A stretch of 64,000 nt of DNA from Phoronis australis (lineage: Eukaryota; Animalia; Phoronida), in the NCBI GenBank assembly GCA_002633005.1, contig NMRA01000032.1, forward strand, positions 848,911 to 912,910. The letters are read 5' to 3'. Positions within the stretch are counted from its first letter, which is position 1. Every line of letters begins with the position of its first letter. The notes beneath the pieces were generated by a model, which saw only the letters and a list, made by a program, of their open reading frames with translations, ran no database searches and was not told the origin of the DNA. The position numbers were made by a program, and so were the translations under genes. Positions 47,084 to 61,000 of this stretch are shown here, in pieces.

Positions 47084-49002
47084 TTAAATGTACATGTGCA
47101 CAAAAGACAGGATAGAGGATGTTACGTGTACACGTGCAACAAAAGAAATTTGCTACTCTGGAGACTTCAAACTGCACAACTTCAATGTAAATAGAACATC
47201 TGATAACTATTGTATTATGACATTTAATAAATTTTCATTCATTAAGAGCCTTGTTGTGATTCGCTGTTACACGTTTTCCGTTTAGGCCACCGCCTCAAAT
47301 GTAAATCAGCTCAGCTCAAAGCTCATGTTTACGGCAAAATGAGCCGTTAAGATATTACCTAGTGAGGTGGTGAGATGAATGGCTCACTTGATGAGCGCTT
47401 TTACGTGGCGAGTGAAATACTCTTAGTAAGTGGAGGGGATAAATAAATACTTAGCCACTTACTTCGGTAGCCAATGAAAATTAATTATTGCATCACCTGA
47501 CAAATTTCTCCGTTCACTCGTGACCATGTACACATTTATGGTGATTATTGCAGTTAAAGCTACAGTTGGTCCATTAGCTGGCTGAAAAAAACTCATAAAA
47601 TCAGTCTCCTACTTTTCTTTATGGTGAAAAGATTCCATTTCCCTCACTAACAAGGAAATCAAAACAATCAGCGAAATAAGAAAACTTCAATTTATTGGAG
47701 TTGGCCAAACATAAAAATGCTGAATTCGAAAATGGTGTATGCATTATGTATGCATCGTGTATGCTTGAGTTGGTAATGGAATATTATCATGGAAATAAGA
47801 GACCCATTTGATGAGAGTAAAATGCTCAATTCAATTTCCATTTTTGGCCAGCTTGACATGATGAAATGTTGCTTTACTTAGTTAAAAAGTTCAGTGCGCA
47901 TTTTGTCTCGGTGTACATGGGTAACTTGCATCGAGCTATGAGCTGAGCTATAGTTCATTTGAAGCAGGCAGCTCTGTGTTTGTCCTAAAACACTGCTATA
48001 TCTTGGTCAACAAGCAACGCATCATTTAATATACTAGAGCATTTATTGTCAACAGACATTTTCTTCACACACTTTAATGTGCAGTTGAAATTATTGCACG
48101 AGACCTCTCAGTTTTGTCGGTGACAATGGTGTTATAGCATCAGATACTTGGCAACGTCGACAATATTCTATAACATAGTAAGGATAGCATACATTTTACT
48201 TGGACAAAAGAATATAAGGCCCTGGCTCTCCTGTGGGTAAAGGTGCCAGTGCCTTCTGGGGGGGAATTTTTTCAGGTAAAGGGAAATTTTCCCACTTTCC
48301 TGATCACCAATTACACCCTTCTTGGCAATTAATGAAACATTTTGAAGCTGAGGGTCTGTTGTGAGTCGCCAGTGATTCAAACCTTGAAGGGAGTTTTTAA
48401 CCAATTGAGGTGAATTTTAGGACCCAATGATAAGAACTTTGTAGGATTTTTAAATATTTAAGACAACAGAGCCGATGTTTGGCTCCAAAATCTAGGCAGC
48501 GAGGCCCCTGGAATACTACTTTTTGCAGCAAGTAAATGTCTCGCACCTTATTGTGCATTCCATAGACTACAGCGTGCTACAAATTGGTGACCTGTGAGAG
48601 TTGAAAGTTGAATTCTAGAATAGAATTCACTATATCCATTCCATAAGCCAAGATTTCTTCCCATCAGTGCTGGGCAAGCATCTTGGGTACATGGAACACA
48701 GCACTGTGATAAACTGCTATGTGGCACACTCTATTGTTAGTAAAAGAAACTAGAAAGACTCCTAACCATTTGTTCCGAATGGAATTTTATAGATTTTAAG
48801 CCCCATAAGCACCCAGTTTTGATGGTAAATCCTTTTCTCAGAAAGGTAGTTGCGCTTACGGAACATCTCCAATAGTCGGAATTGAAATTTGTGAGACTGT
48901 GTGCACAGGGAACTCCAGGAACAGCCATGAACATGCTTATTACTTCAAGAAAAGCTTAGCTTGCTCATTCAAGTATTGTGAGTGACGCCATTGAGGAAAC
49001 TG

Positions 49003-52000
49003 TCACACAGACAAGAGATCCAAACCAATTCTCCCACGCTGCTGATCAATACTGAGAACGCTCACAGTGACCCTATCGCCCAGTTCCAGCTTGGACTTGT
49101 GCCCCAGTTTGTTTCGGTTAATTTTACTGGAATGTATCAAGCCGTCTCGGCCGACACCGATGTCCACAAATGCGCCAAAATGTGTCATGTTAGACACACG
49201 TCCTGTGACCCTTGATCCAACCTTTAGGTCCTCCATCGACCTGACATCCTTGCGGAAAACTGGCTTTTCATATTCTGCAAACATAACATCCAAAAACTTA
49301 TCTCTGGTCCGAAAATACGAGTACGCGTAACTTGACCATTGAAGCATCAGTGAATTGTGATGGTTACAACAACCCAAAGAAAAAAATCAAAATATCAACT
49401 TAATGGTTGTATATCACTTCTGTGCATTCATTCTGTACAACACTGCAAGAGCAACATGAAATAAGTGCCCTCTACCTGTTAAACCAACATGAAATAAGCG
49501 CCCTGTACCTGTTAAACCAGTATCAGTATTGTGGATAGATACTCTTTTCATATCATTTTGATAAACTTTCAATTACAAAAGGAATTGCCATTCAAACCAA
49601 TATAGTCTAAACTTATCCAGCAAAATATATACATATTATCATTTTCCTCGAAATAGGCATAATTTAATATAGCACTTTCAAATAGGCATAATTTAATATA
49701 GCACTTTCAATTTAAATTTTCAAATTTCAAATGACACCAAACTTTGGAAAATTTTTAGTAAAAAACTCAAAGACAATTAATTTTGCACAAGCCAGATCCA
49801 GCTGGACCCAGAGCAGCAAAATCGACTTATCTGAAGGCTAACAATCATACCACAATGAAGGAACTTTGTCAAAGCTAAGCAAAAATTCAAATCGTGTTAC
49901 AACAAACTCTGTTAATAACATTCACTCACATATAACATTCCATTGCGGAAGTCCCATTTTCCTCCTACGCTGTTTTTAACGAGCACGGATACAACGTTCG
50001 CATGGCAATTTTGATATCCCAGTGGTTAACTTCACACCAATTTTACAGCAAAATAGTGCATGCGAGTCTAAAAACTATCACGCGCAGACCCCTCAATTTC
50101 ATATTCTTGCACAGCGCATGATGCACAAGCACTTGATTTGCTGCGTGTGGTTGCAGACCCTTACATATGGCTAATAAACAGTTGGTTTTTATTTTCTCTA
50201 AATAGAACATCTTCAATAGGTCTCTGGAGGTTCGTTGTAACGAGATTGGACTGTATATCCATCTCATGTACGTTTCATTGTAGTATAGTTTAAAAAGAAG
50301 CCAAAGCACCTAACCTTCTCTAATGTCCGTTCCAACTGGCTGTTGTAAAGCTTGAACAATTAGATTCATGGTACTCATATGAACGCCCAGCTCAGCTGCA
50401 AGGTTACTCACTGAAAACAAAACACTGGCCCATCAGAATAATACTTGACTAGTCTTAGGATTAACAAAGCATTTGTATAACAGATTCCTAAGGAACTAAG
50501 CAAAGTCAAAGGGTTGGTAGCTACGATTACTTGAAATGATTAGGGCTGTTCCAGCAAAATCTGTGTGGGAGGGGGGGGAAGGCAACTGAAATAAAAATTT
50601 ATGGGTGGTTGCGTTTGATTTAAATTCAAAATGGCTGGTGGTCGTACTTCAAAAAAATAAAAATTTACAGGTCGTTGTTGTTTCATTGGGCCATAAATGT
50701 TTGATGGTGGGTAATTTTAGTAAATTTTATAAACAATCCGCACAGAATCAAAAACTGAAACAAAAATGCAACTTGCAAAAAGCTCCGACTTTTTCACTCC
50801 CTCCGATCTCCTCATCGGCATGCCCATAACTCCATTTAACCACAGGTGCTCGAATTTCTCCATGGCTAATAACCATATATAAGAAACATATGTTTTCTTA
50901 GTAATGAATGACATTAGTGGTGATGGAGGAACAGATAAACTCAAGTGCCTGTGCAGTCAACCACAAGAACAAAAAAAAATTACGGGTGGTTGCATTTCAA
51001 ACTTATAAAAAATTACGGGTGGTAGGCTGAAGAAATAAATGAAAAATATGGGTGGTGGGTGCAAAAAAAAGGTGCCTTGCCCCTCTCACATACAGATTTT
51101 ACTGGAACAGCCCTTACAAACATCTGCTGAAGTGGTAAACTTATCAAATCAGGCTTGGAAAAGAGGCGACTTTAACACAATTGCTTTGTCAAGCACTGCC
51201 TCCGATGAGGCTGCTATCACAGTCCAGAATGCCCCTTAGCCAGAACTTGAATCTACCTCATAAAATGAACTATCACCTGCAACTCCTTCTGTTGCAAACA
51301 ATTTAACTCTTATTGCCATTTTAACTAGAGGTGATTTGCAATAAGGAATTACTTTTGTGTGAAAGTCAGAACGGTCCATTCAGCAAACATTTAAACCTAA
51401 AAATTAACAATAAACAAAATTTTGGATCACTTTGGATGAACAAATGACTGAAAACCAATTGTCAGAGCATAATTGTTTAACATTAAATCTACGAAAATGC
51501 ATCAAAAACAGATTCAACTCGGCAATCAAAATGTGAAAATATCGGACCTGTATACAGTTCAACAAAACTTTTAACTCTGGTTGCAGTGGCCGGTTGACCA
51601 ATTTCGGTTGGATCAATCTTCATTTTTCTCAGCAACCTAGAGTAAAGAAACAGGACAACTAACGACACGACGAAGTAAGTTACGAGCATGAGAATGTTTA
51701 CAGTTACAATATTGAATGCAACATTGGCACGTTGAAACTGGCCAAAGCTGGATAAAATAAGCATAAGGTGGTTTATTCAGCAAAAAATAACACGAGCTCA
51801 GCATAACAGCAACAAACAGGCAGTGTTAACTTGTCTTGTTTAACAGTCAACTCAATTTTTATGAAGATTGTAAAATTAAATACAAAGTTTCGACACTCGC
51901 CACTGTGTGAGACAGGATGTCCCAAGGTAATATTCATATTACTTAAACAGCACTCAATATAATTTAAAAAATATGAAATTGCATTGTTTTTCTCATAATG

Positions 52001-55000
52001 TACCCATGTAAAGAGCCAGCTCTACATACTTCTCATATTGTTATATCCAAATGCAATGATTCGCCTTTTGGGTGATTGTTTTGAAGGTCCAAATAAATGT
52101 TTATAAAAAGAGAAAGACACAATCAGACAAGTTCAGAGAATTGTGTCGATGATGATTTTTGTATAGCAGGTTTTTGTACGGATAAAGAAGGTTATTGTAT
52201 TTAAATTTACATTAGATATAGCTGTCAGGTAATATGAACTTAAAGAATAAGGTAGTTAGGGAGGTAAGTAGGTGGTGGGTGGGTGGAAAGGTAGGTAGGT
52301 AGGAAGGTATTTCTAAGTAATTGAAGAAGCAATGTTTAGGGTTACCTGGGACCTCCCTTGGTGTCACATATAATTAGTACCTAATACAAAAGTATAGAAA
52401 TTAAGTCTAAAATTTTTTTCTGAAAGCAGAAAACCTGTAGACCTATATTCAATTTGTCAAAAACCGTGTCTCACGACTAACAATTAGCAAAAAAGAAAGC
52501 TAAATTCACAGCAACACACGAGCCAAATTTCATGCGATATAAATGTTCAAGACGAAATCTTAAAAACGCTGTTACAGTTCTCTAAACTATAATCATTTTT
52601 GTTTTATGCAACTTTTGATTGAAAATTTTCATTAAAATTATGAAAGCTATATTTTTAATTGGCTAAGCCCTCATGACAAAATAAACCCTTTTAAAACAAT
52701 TCCTTGCAGAGATTTAGAAAACAATGCATAAAGCACAGTAGGCGACAATTCAATACAAATCCAATCTACCATTTCTGAGATATGATGTTACAAAGTAGAG
52801 CCGTCTTGCATAAAAGTTATACGCCGTACAGCAACAATGACGTCGCATTATCACGTGCCACGTTGCTATTGTTGAAAAATGTACCTGACGTCATGCAACA
52901 ATCAAACTTATCCAGCGGATAACTTTAAAGTTTTATGCAACCCAGCCCAGATAATCAAATGGGGTTTGGTTATTTTCTAACTATAACGGTTACTGTAATG
53001 CTTTTTGAACTCACTCCACTGATGTTTCATAAGACTCTGGGTGAATTATTGTCATGTCCAATGGGTTAACCCGACATTGTTCAGATGTAGTTTTCTGCTT
53101 CTTTCTGGAGCCCGACTTGGCTGTGGCTTTTCTCTTCCTACTGGTGGAAGTAACATCCTGTTCTGGATCAGTCAGCTCAGCTTTCGGCCTGCGACAAAAT
53201 TCATATTATTATACGTTGTCCATTTCAAATGAACAGTGTAAGATACCATCGAGGCTTATGCTATCAGTGATGTTCTTGGACTAGCTTGCATGGCTGAAAG
53301 CACTAGTACACATGTAAAATCGGCAGTGTTCCCCCAAGGATGCGTACAGCCTACTGTTTTCTGGACTGTTTTAAGGTACCCAAGAAACTTGAAATTGACC
53401 CCAAAAGTTTTTGAAGGTGGGCCCACAGGATTGCATGCAGTGTTTGGAGGCAGAGGGCAAAACCTGTATCACCTACTCAACTTTTGTTCCATAAGTTCTT
53501 TCTCATTTCATTTATCTTTGGAACTCAGACACCCTGGCAACAGCAAAACCGCAATGAGTATTAACTTAGCTTACATCAGAACTTCTTGTTGGCTTTTAAA
53601 CTCATAGGTGTCTCAAAGTAATAAGCAAATCATTTGTGTGCCGTGGGTTGCGTGTGCAATACCACTTTAAAGTCCTTAAAATCCCCTTTTGTATCAGAAA
53701 CACCATAAAACAACCCTACCAGTCAAACGTGTGTCAAATTAGAATACCCACAAACACTATCTGATATGTTTATTAACTGATATTGGGTTAGTACAATTAA
53801 CATTTAATGGTCAATACATACTACATAAAATCAGGACAACCAATCCCAGCACAAGCAATCCTCCATTATATTTATTGAGAAAAGTTTTTAGATATTGCTG
53901 CTCGTTTTCCTGGAGTATTTGAGCATGTTGTGGCTTTTTCACTTTTCCAAGGGACATCCAAAAAGCGCAGATATAGCAGAAGTTTGTGCAAGAAACTCGC
54001 ATGTTACTGGACATGACATACTGGCGCTGGGTACGTTCATACATCACCCTCATGGAGCTAATACATTTTCAATTGAAGTTGATTTTCTTCCATTTTCTCG
54101 TCTCTGGAATATTGAATTCACGATTGTGAAATGCAGAGCTATAAAGGAACTCAAGGTATAATGATGCTGACAGTGTAGTCACTTGTCAAAACAAGGTAAA
54201 TGGTGGTTTTAAGGATTTTAATCTCTCCAAAAATGAACAAGGTGACTCACACTTGTCCTTGTGAGGTAACAATCTTAACAAATCCAGCACATTGCTCAAA
54301 TGACTTTGGTCCCAGGCCCTTCACAGATTTCAGTTGCTCCCGGTTTATGAAACCACCATGTTCCTCCCGGAATGCAATGATCTTCTTTGCCTTTGACTGG
54401 TTAAGTCCAGCAATACGCCTAAAAGAAAAGACAACTGAAGAATAGAAATAGCAATTGCATCCAGAAATGGCAACAGAATATTTGAAAACACTTTACAAAG
54501 TATGTTACATGGACAAGCGTGACCTATGCTTTAGGCGAGTTACACGCAACAGTAAGGAAAGACCACCCACCAAGAATCATCATACTCAATCTGTGACATA
54601 GGGAGTACAAGTTTTCAGTTGTTTGCTGCTTTTATCACTCAAGTGGGAAGTCACTAATGCATTAGCAGATGACAGAACGAGTATTGTTTGAAATCACCAA
54701 AACAGGGTTCAGTATCCCTTTAACAACAGGCAAATCGTCATTGAGAGAGCAGTGAAATGACATAATGCTTAATAATAGCTTGTGATATTTCCCTTAACAA
54801 TAAATAAAGTAACCGTAGTAACACAGTATTCACAAAGAACTGTATCCCATCGAAGTTTCACATTCAATTTAAACTTTGAGATGCCATATCTCAATAAAGC
54901 ACAGCTGACAGCATGCTCCACCTGCTGGTTCATCAGTGAACTTGTGCAGATGCGTCTTGTAAACAGCAAGTAACTGAATTGTATTTTATCAACAGCCCAC

Positions 55001-58000
55001 ATGACAAGTAGGACAGAATAGTTAAGTGGTTTAGACTGTGAACCCCCACTTTTGAGTTCAATGGCCACCAAATGAATGTTGAAACACAACAGATCCTTAG
55101 GCAGCAATCAAGAAGTAAACCTAGTGAACAGTACATAACAAAAACAATGGAACAAAATGATGCAGAATTCTAAATCAGGACACAAACACACAGTATTCAC
55201 CATAATAGTAGCCGTCCTACATGACCCGAAATTACAGGAAAGTTAAAAAACATGAGAGAATTATGAGAAAGAATTACAACTGAAATGATGAGTCATGATG
55301 AGTCATGATGAGTCATGATGAGTCCTTTTTGTCGAATACAGAATTAGCTGTCCTGATGATAAACTATATTTTTTTGTCCGATTACTGGTGGTGCATAGTG
55401 TATTAAAAACGTGATTGTTTTCTAGCCAAACATAAATGACGTCAATACAAGTGACTCACTTAAGAAGAGATTCTGTGGCAAAGTTCAGGTCGACGCCGAC
55501 AAAACTGACACAATCCTCTACCACTCCGTCTAAAGAAGACTTGAGTTGACTCTCCGAGATGTCGTGCTAAACATAACAGCATCAAAGGGTTAGTTGGCTT
55601 CTATTTAAGATACTACACATATTGAAATGAACAAACAGCATTTAATTTTCACCGCAAACACAAAACTTCCACTCTTTCTTTGCAATGTTGGAAATTTTGA
55701 CCTGACAATCATGGTACCATCAAAGTTGCTTTTAATAAAAAAAAATATAAAAACAACAATGGTTCCAGCCTTGCCATTAATCAGAACGTGGTCTACCTGA
55801 TACATCCCTACGCCGATGTGCTTTGGTTCAATCTTCACTAACTCTGACAGAGGGTCCTGCAGTCGTCGCGCAATGGACACTGAAAAGCAAAGATTCCAAG
55901 TCGGTATCAAATTAATGTTGAGATCACGCAGATCACCAGTGAAATACCAATATAGTGGACCGATCATAGTACCTCAACAGATCCCTGCTGTCTAGCAAAG
56001 AACGCACGCGTGTATTTTTAACATAACCCAAAGTCTAAAACGATACTTTTATGTTGATGATTTTAACAATAGGTGACGCTGGTATCTACAAAGGATGAGT
56101 TTCTGCAAGACATGTTATCTACTATTCATAAAAATAAAAAGACATGTTTCCAAGTTGCATTTACTAACAAAAGCAAAACCAAAAAAGGTTAAAAAATGTA
56201 ACTTAAGTTCAGATGAACTTTGCAACATTGATTAGCATGCAATAATCAAATCCCACCTGCGCCTCTTAGACTGACATCTAGTGTGGGGAGTTCTTTCTCT
56301 GCTTCTGGAGAGGCACTGTAGATTGAAGCTCCACTTTCACTCACAATACTACAACAAAATAATGTAAATAGTTGACAATAAAACACAGCATCTTGTAAAT
56401 AAAAAATGTTCCTGTTCTTTGTCCCACGGCCAGTATCAGTAAATGTTTCCATCACCAAGAAAAAGTGCAATTATGAAGACTTACATTTTGATTTTATCCT
56501 AAATTCTTGGTGTTACAGGGAGGGTAATTTACTTTTGCTCAGCACATACTGCACCAATACTATGTGAGGGCTGAAAATGAATCATCAGTTACCGGTATTA
56601 TAACAGAAGACTGTAGAGTAAAGGATTAAAATACCATGATTTCAATGGTATGTCAAAAATGTACGAAGTGCTCTGTTCATTTAATTTAATAAATCAATCG
56701 TTCAAATCACAAACAAAAGAACCGCGATAATTTGCTATAGAATTTAGAGTAAAAAAGAGAAATATTGAAGATGTATATGAGTTTATATTAAGAATGCAAG
56801 ACAGATCATAATAAAAACAATATTGAATTACACCCAATTCTCATACGGAGTCGCCATCTCAGAGCAAAATTCTAATGAAAAGTAAGCCTAACCCCAAAAA
56901 TACTAAAATCTTAAGTGGGTAATTTTGCTGTTAGGTTTGAGACTCTTTACTGGATAGAATCGAGATGCGACGCAATTCTAACCTAAGAGCTAACCTCAAC
57001 ATTCCCTCTTTCTCCCCGCGTGTAGCACATTTAAGCCTACATAGTCTCTCACACCAAGAATGTTCCAAATTACATTAATTTGGGGGTCTCGAGTAAAATG
57101 TAATATCCAATAAAAATGTAAAATGCAATTTCGTTATCAAAAGTGCCAAATATGGGATACCCAGAAAGTTAAAAGGATAGTAAACCTGTTTTTGATTTCA
57201 ACCAACCTTCCCATTTGCCTCATGCCAATGCACTTGCATCCCAACTTGAATGATAAAAGCATCATTCAACTCAAACTCATACTCTCCGCGACACAGATAG
57301 GATATTATGGTTCTTGGTGGGTGGTCTTTCCCTACAGTCTTCATGTCATGCCTGCCCCTTTAACAGACTTTGGAAGGAATTTTAATTTCTAAAATTTACT
57401 CCAATCTTTTGAGGGTTGTCGAGGGTTACAGAGCATTATTTTGTTTCAGAGAACTGGATGGAAAAGTCGTTTTTAAGACCTGTTCATAGGTCAAAACCTG
57501 GTTAGGTATCCTTTTAAAGAAAAGAGCACCCCTAATTTAAAGACAATGATTCAGTCCCATCAACAATCACGGCTTAGAATGACCAATGACAAAAAGAGGA
57601 AAATTTTCCAGGTGATGTATCGTTCAAAAAATAAACAGGGTTGTGTGATACAAATATTTTTTGTGTTGTAAAAATTGTCTGAAATAAACGTTTTTGCATG
57701 TACAAAGTCAAAATAATGATAACAAGAGATGAAAAATGAGGAAACTGTAAATCAAATAAGAGGAAATCAAAACCAAAAAAGAGGAAATCAAAACCAAAAG
57801 AGGAAATTCTCTTAAAAGAAGAAAATTCCAAGCCCTGAACAACAAATGGGGCTCCTGTGATCTCTTCACGAACTTTACCATATGAATTTTAACACAGATG
57901 TGACAGCAAGTCAGCGTAGCACAGTCACTGTTAGATAATACCCACCAGTACATTACATTGAGTGGATAATACCCACCAGTACATTACATTGAGTGGATGA

Positions 58001-61000
58001 AAGCGGTTGTGCTTGATGAGACTAGCAAAGTGTTCTTCTGTCTCTCGACAAGCTGTTCCATTACCAATGGCGACAGTCTCACACCTGAGGGCAACACACA
58101 TAAGTACTCGTTCAAATAGCACATAACTAATAAATACAAATCAATTAACCCCAACAGTTCCCTCGGAAGGTGTATTTACATACTCCTAACTACGTTAAGG
58201 TATAGCAGGAACTAAATATTATCATAATTCTCCATTTATTTTACATTATTGTCAACATGGACATTTCTCCATTTTTCAAAGGCTATTTTATGACACCTAC
58301 ACAGTATAAAATAGGCTACAATTTTCGCAAGTTTCATTTTTGTGGAGAAATTTGACAAAAGAGAATTTCACTTAAAATATTATGCGTTGTTGCAATTGCG
58401 GACAAGAAACTTAGCTAAAACGTTACAACATACATTTCACAATTTACTGCATGACAGTAATGCTAAGAAAATAAAAAAATCCTTTCTAAATAGTTGAAGT
58501 GGTGGAGATTTGCAAACCAAAAACGGCTACATACAGTATGCACCAAAAGTATTCAGACAAAATGACCCAGAATTCCCCATCACAATAGCTGCAAGGAAGC
58601 CGAATTTATTGTCAGTGTACCCTTCCCTCATGACTGAGAATGAGGGAAACAAAGAGGAAGTTAATAAGGTAGTTAGGTCGCTCTGTAAATACAATAATTT
58701 TGTTGCCACAATGGTTAAAAGTGGTCATTTTTGTTGTTTAAGGAATCAGCCGTCATGGCAGGTAAATAGTATTTTGTCTGATTACGTTTGTCTTGCAGTG
58801 TAGTTACATGGAGTTCCAAGTCTCCCACTATCACAGTATTAAAGTTACATTACTCCATACCTGTGTTTCTTGATCAAATCCACAAGTTGCTCCGTGTCTT
58901 TTGCTCCTGACTTTGCAGTCAGAAAGTAAAGAACAGCCGTGTCTAGTATTTTTCCTGACAAAGGAAAAACAAAACGACCAGAGGTTACTAGCAACTAACA
59001 AGTAGGACTACCTGGGTCATCTGATGTCTAGTGTGCTAGATCCTACAATGACAAGTCAGGACCACCTGGGTCATCTGATGTCTAGTTAGCTAGATCCTAC
59101 TACAAGCTGTATTTGATACACAACATTGCCACTGAAATGAATGTTTCCATGACTATTTTCGGATTCACAGATGGATCAAGCCAAGTTGCTGGTCACTCAC
59201 CATAATTTCTCTAGGTGGCAGAGGGCATAATGCTCAACGCGAACTCCAGCGACATAACTTTTGAAATTGACCACTAAACCATAACTGCTCTCAAGACCCA
59301 CGCAGTGTTAATCAGGTTAAGATGCATCAAACTAAAGTAATTTAGTTAGAGGTAGTGAGCATTGAAGCAATTAATTAACACCACACGATTCATTTTCCAT
59401 CTGTAATTAGGAATGCTAACTCGCTGTGATAAGTAACAAAACAACCCTCTACATCAAAACATGGATCAAAACAATGGTTCTTAAAGATTGCATTGCATGG
59501 GCTTTAAGGCGACCTGTGAAAGTTTGCTAAAAATTCAAGGTTATCAAACAACAGTCCACAATACTACCAGTTCTTTATTCATAAAATATAACTACCTACA
59601 CGTTTCGCATTCAAATCGAAACTCTATTTGTAATAGCTGGGAGAAGTATAGCTTATTCACTACGCATGTTCAGAAATTTACAGGACTGATTATTAGACAC
59701 TAATGGTGAGAATTTTGGATGGTCACTTTCTTTTGGAAATTTGACCGGAAAGGTTGAATTTTAAATTTGAAAGAAGAACCATAATACATTTTTGTCATTT
59801 CAGACACCAATACTTAAATTCTCCCCTATGATAAAAAATCTAATTTGATACTGCTCAAAGAAAATAGCAAACAGTGTTTGGACCTAAAGAATTTTCCAGA
59901 AATTCTTTTTTAAATTAAAGATCAATCCTTCCCAATATTATATAGCTGCACAGCCTCACAGAACATTGCATTATGTTTGAATTACCTGTAGGAGACGTCA
60001 CGGCAACCTTACAGCCATTTCTAAAACCAGGATCAACACCTAGTACCACTTTTCCGACAACAGGGGGCGTAAGTAGCAGTTTCTTCAGATTGGATGCAAA
60101 CACGTCAATTGATTCCTTCTCAGCAGTTTTAGTCAAATTAGACCTAATGTTTAAAAATATAAAAATGGTCACTATTAGTAAGAGAGATGAAAGTGAACTC
60201 CTTATGAGTTAGTCAAGAAGAGTATAATATTGATTGGAAGCTACACTCGAATTGTGTTCCAACAAACCCTCCCGAGACCTTCCTAGAAAGTTCGACCTAA
60301 TCAACCAAAGCAATTTGTATACAGTGCACTTGAGACTTGTGTAAATGAATGTGAGTGAGCAAACGTTACAAACCTGGTTCATAGCAACGCGGTTCAGCTG
60401 AGGTGGTTTTGCACCTTTTAATAAGCTTTCTAACACTGTTAGGACAGTTTTCATCTTTTTATTTTTAAGGAGCATTTGCCCTGTTTAGCTGGTTAAAAAT
60501 GAAAATCGAATCAGACCTATTACTGTTATAAAGTCGGTTTCAAAATTTTCCTTACTAAGGATGTACAAACCCTCAACAGGTCAAAAAACACGTCAGAAAA
60601 TTGTTGATTTTATAGAGATTAACTAACCCTGAAATTCAAAAATACCACACAATGGATTTCACTTAAACACAGGTCAGTCATGCGACACAACAATGACCGT
60701 TTAAAGTCACGTATGACCCTAGAAAAATGTCCAAATCCATTACTTACAAAGACTGATTTCCATTATGTGACAAACATTTATGTTCAATGCACGAATGACA
60801 ATTTTCACAAAAGTGGCAGTCAAATGACTATGAACTGAGAATTTTCAGTAATAGAAGAATCGGAAAATAAATTGGAATGAAAAAGACACTTAAACTGTGA
60901 GTTGTGCTAATAGAGATAACGGTTCCACTCTCATAATAAGTTTCCACCCTGTGCTGAGGGTTCCCTGGTCCTTGATATAGTTTGATTGGCAACCCTAAAA

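Noticed and set aside
49452-49709. Short tandem duplications (33 bp and 30 bp; similar ones at 2690-2740, 6531-6572, 57757-57806)
   Set aside because: Ordinary slippage duplications with no splice-site or coding consequence visible.
55285-55360. Box C/D snoRNA (ATGATGA...CTGA)
   Set aside because: On the strand opposite the host gene, and the C-box-like words come from the 10-bp tandem repeat.
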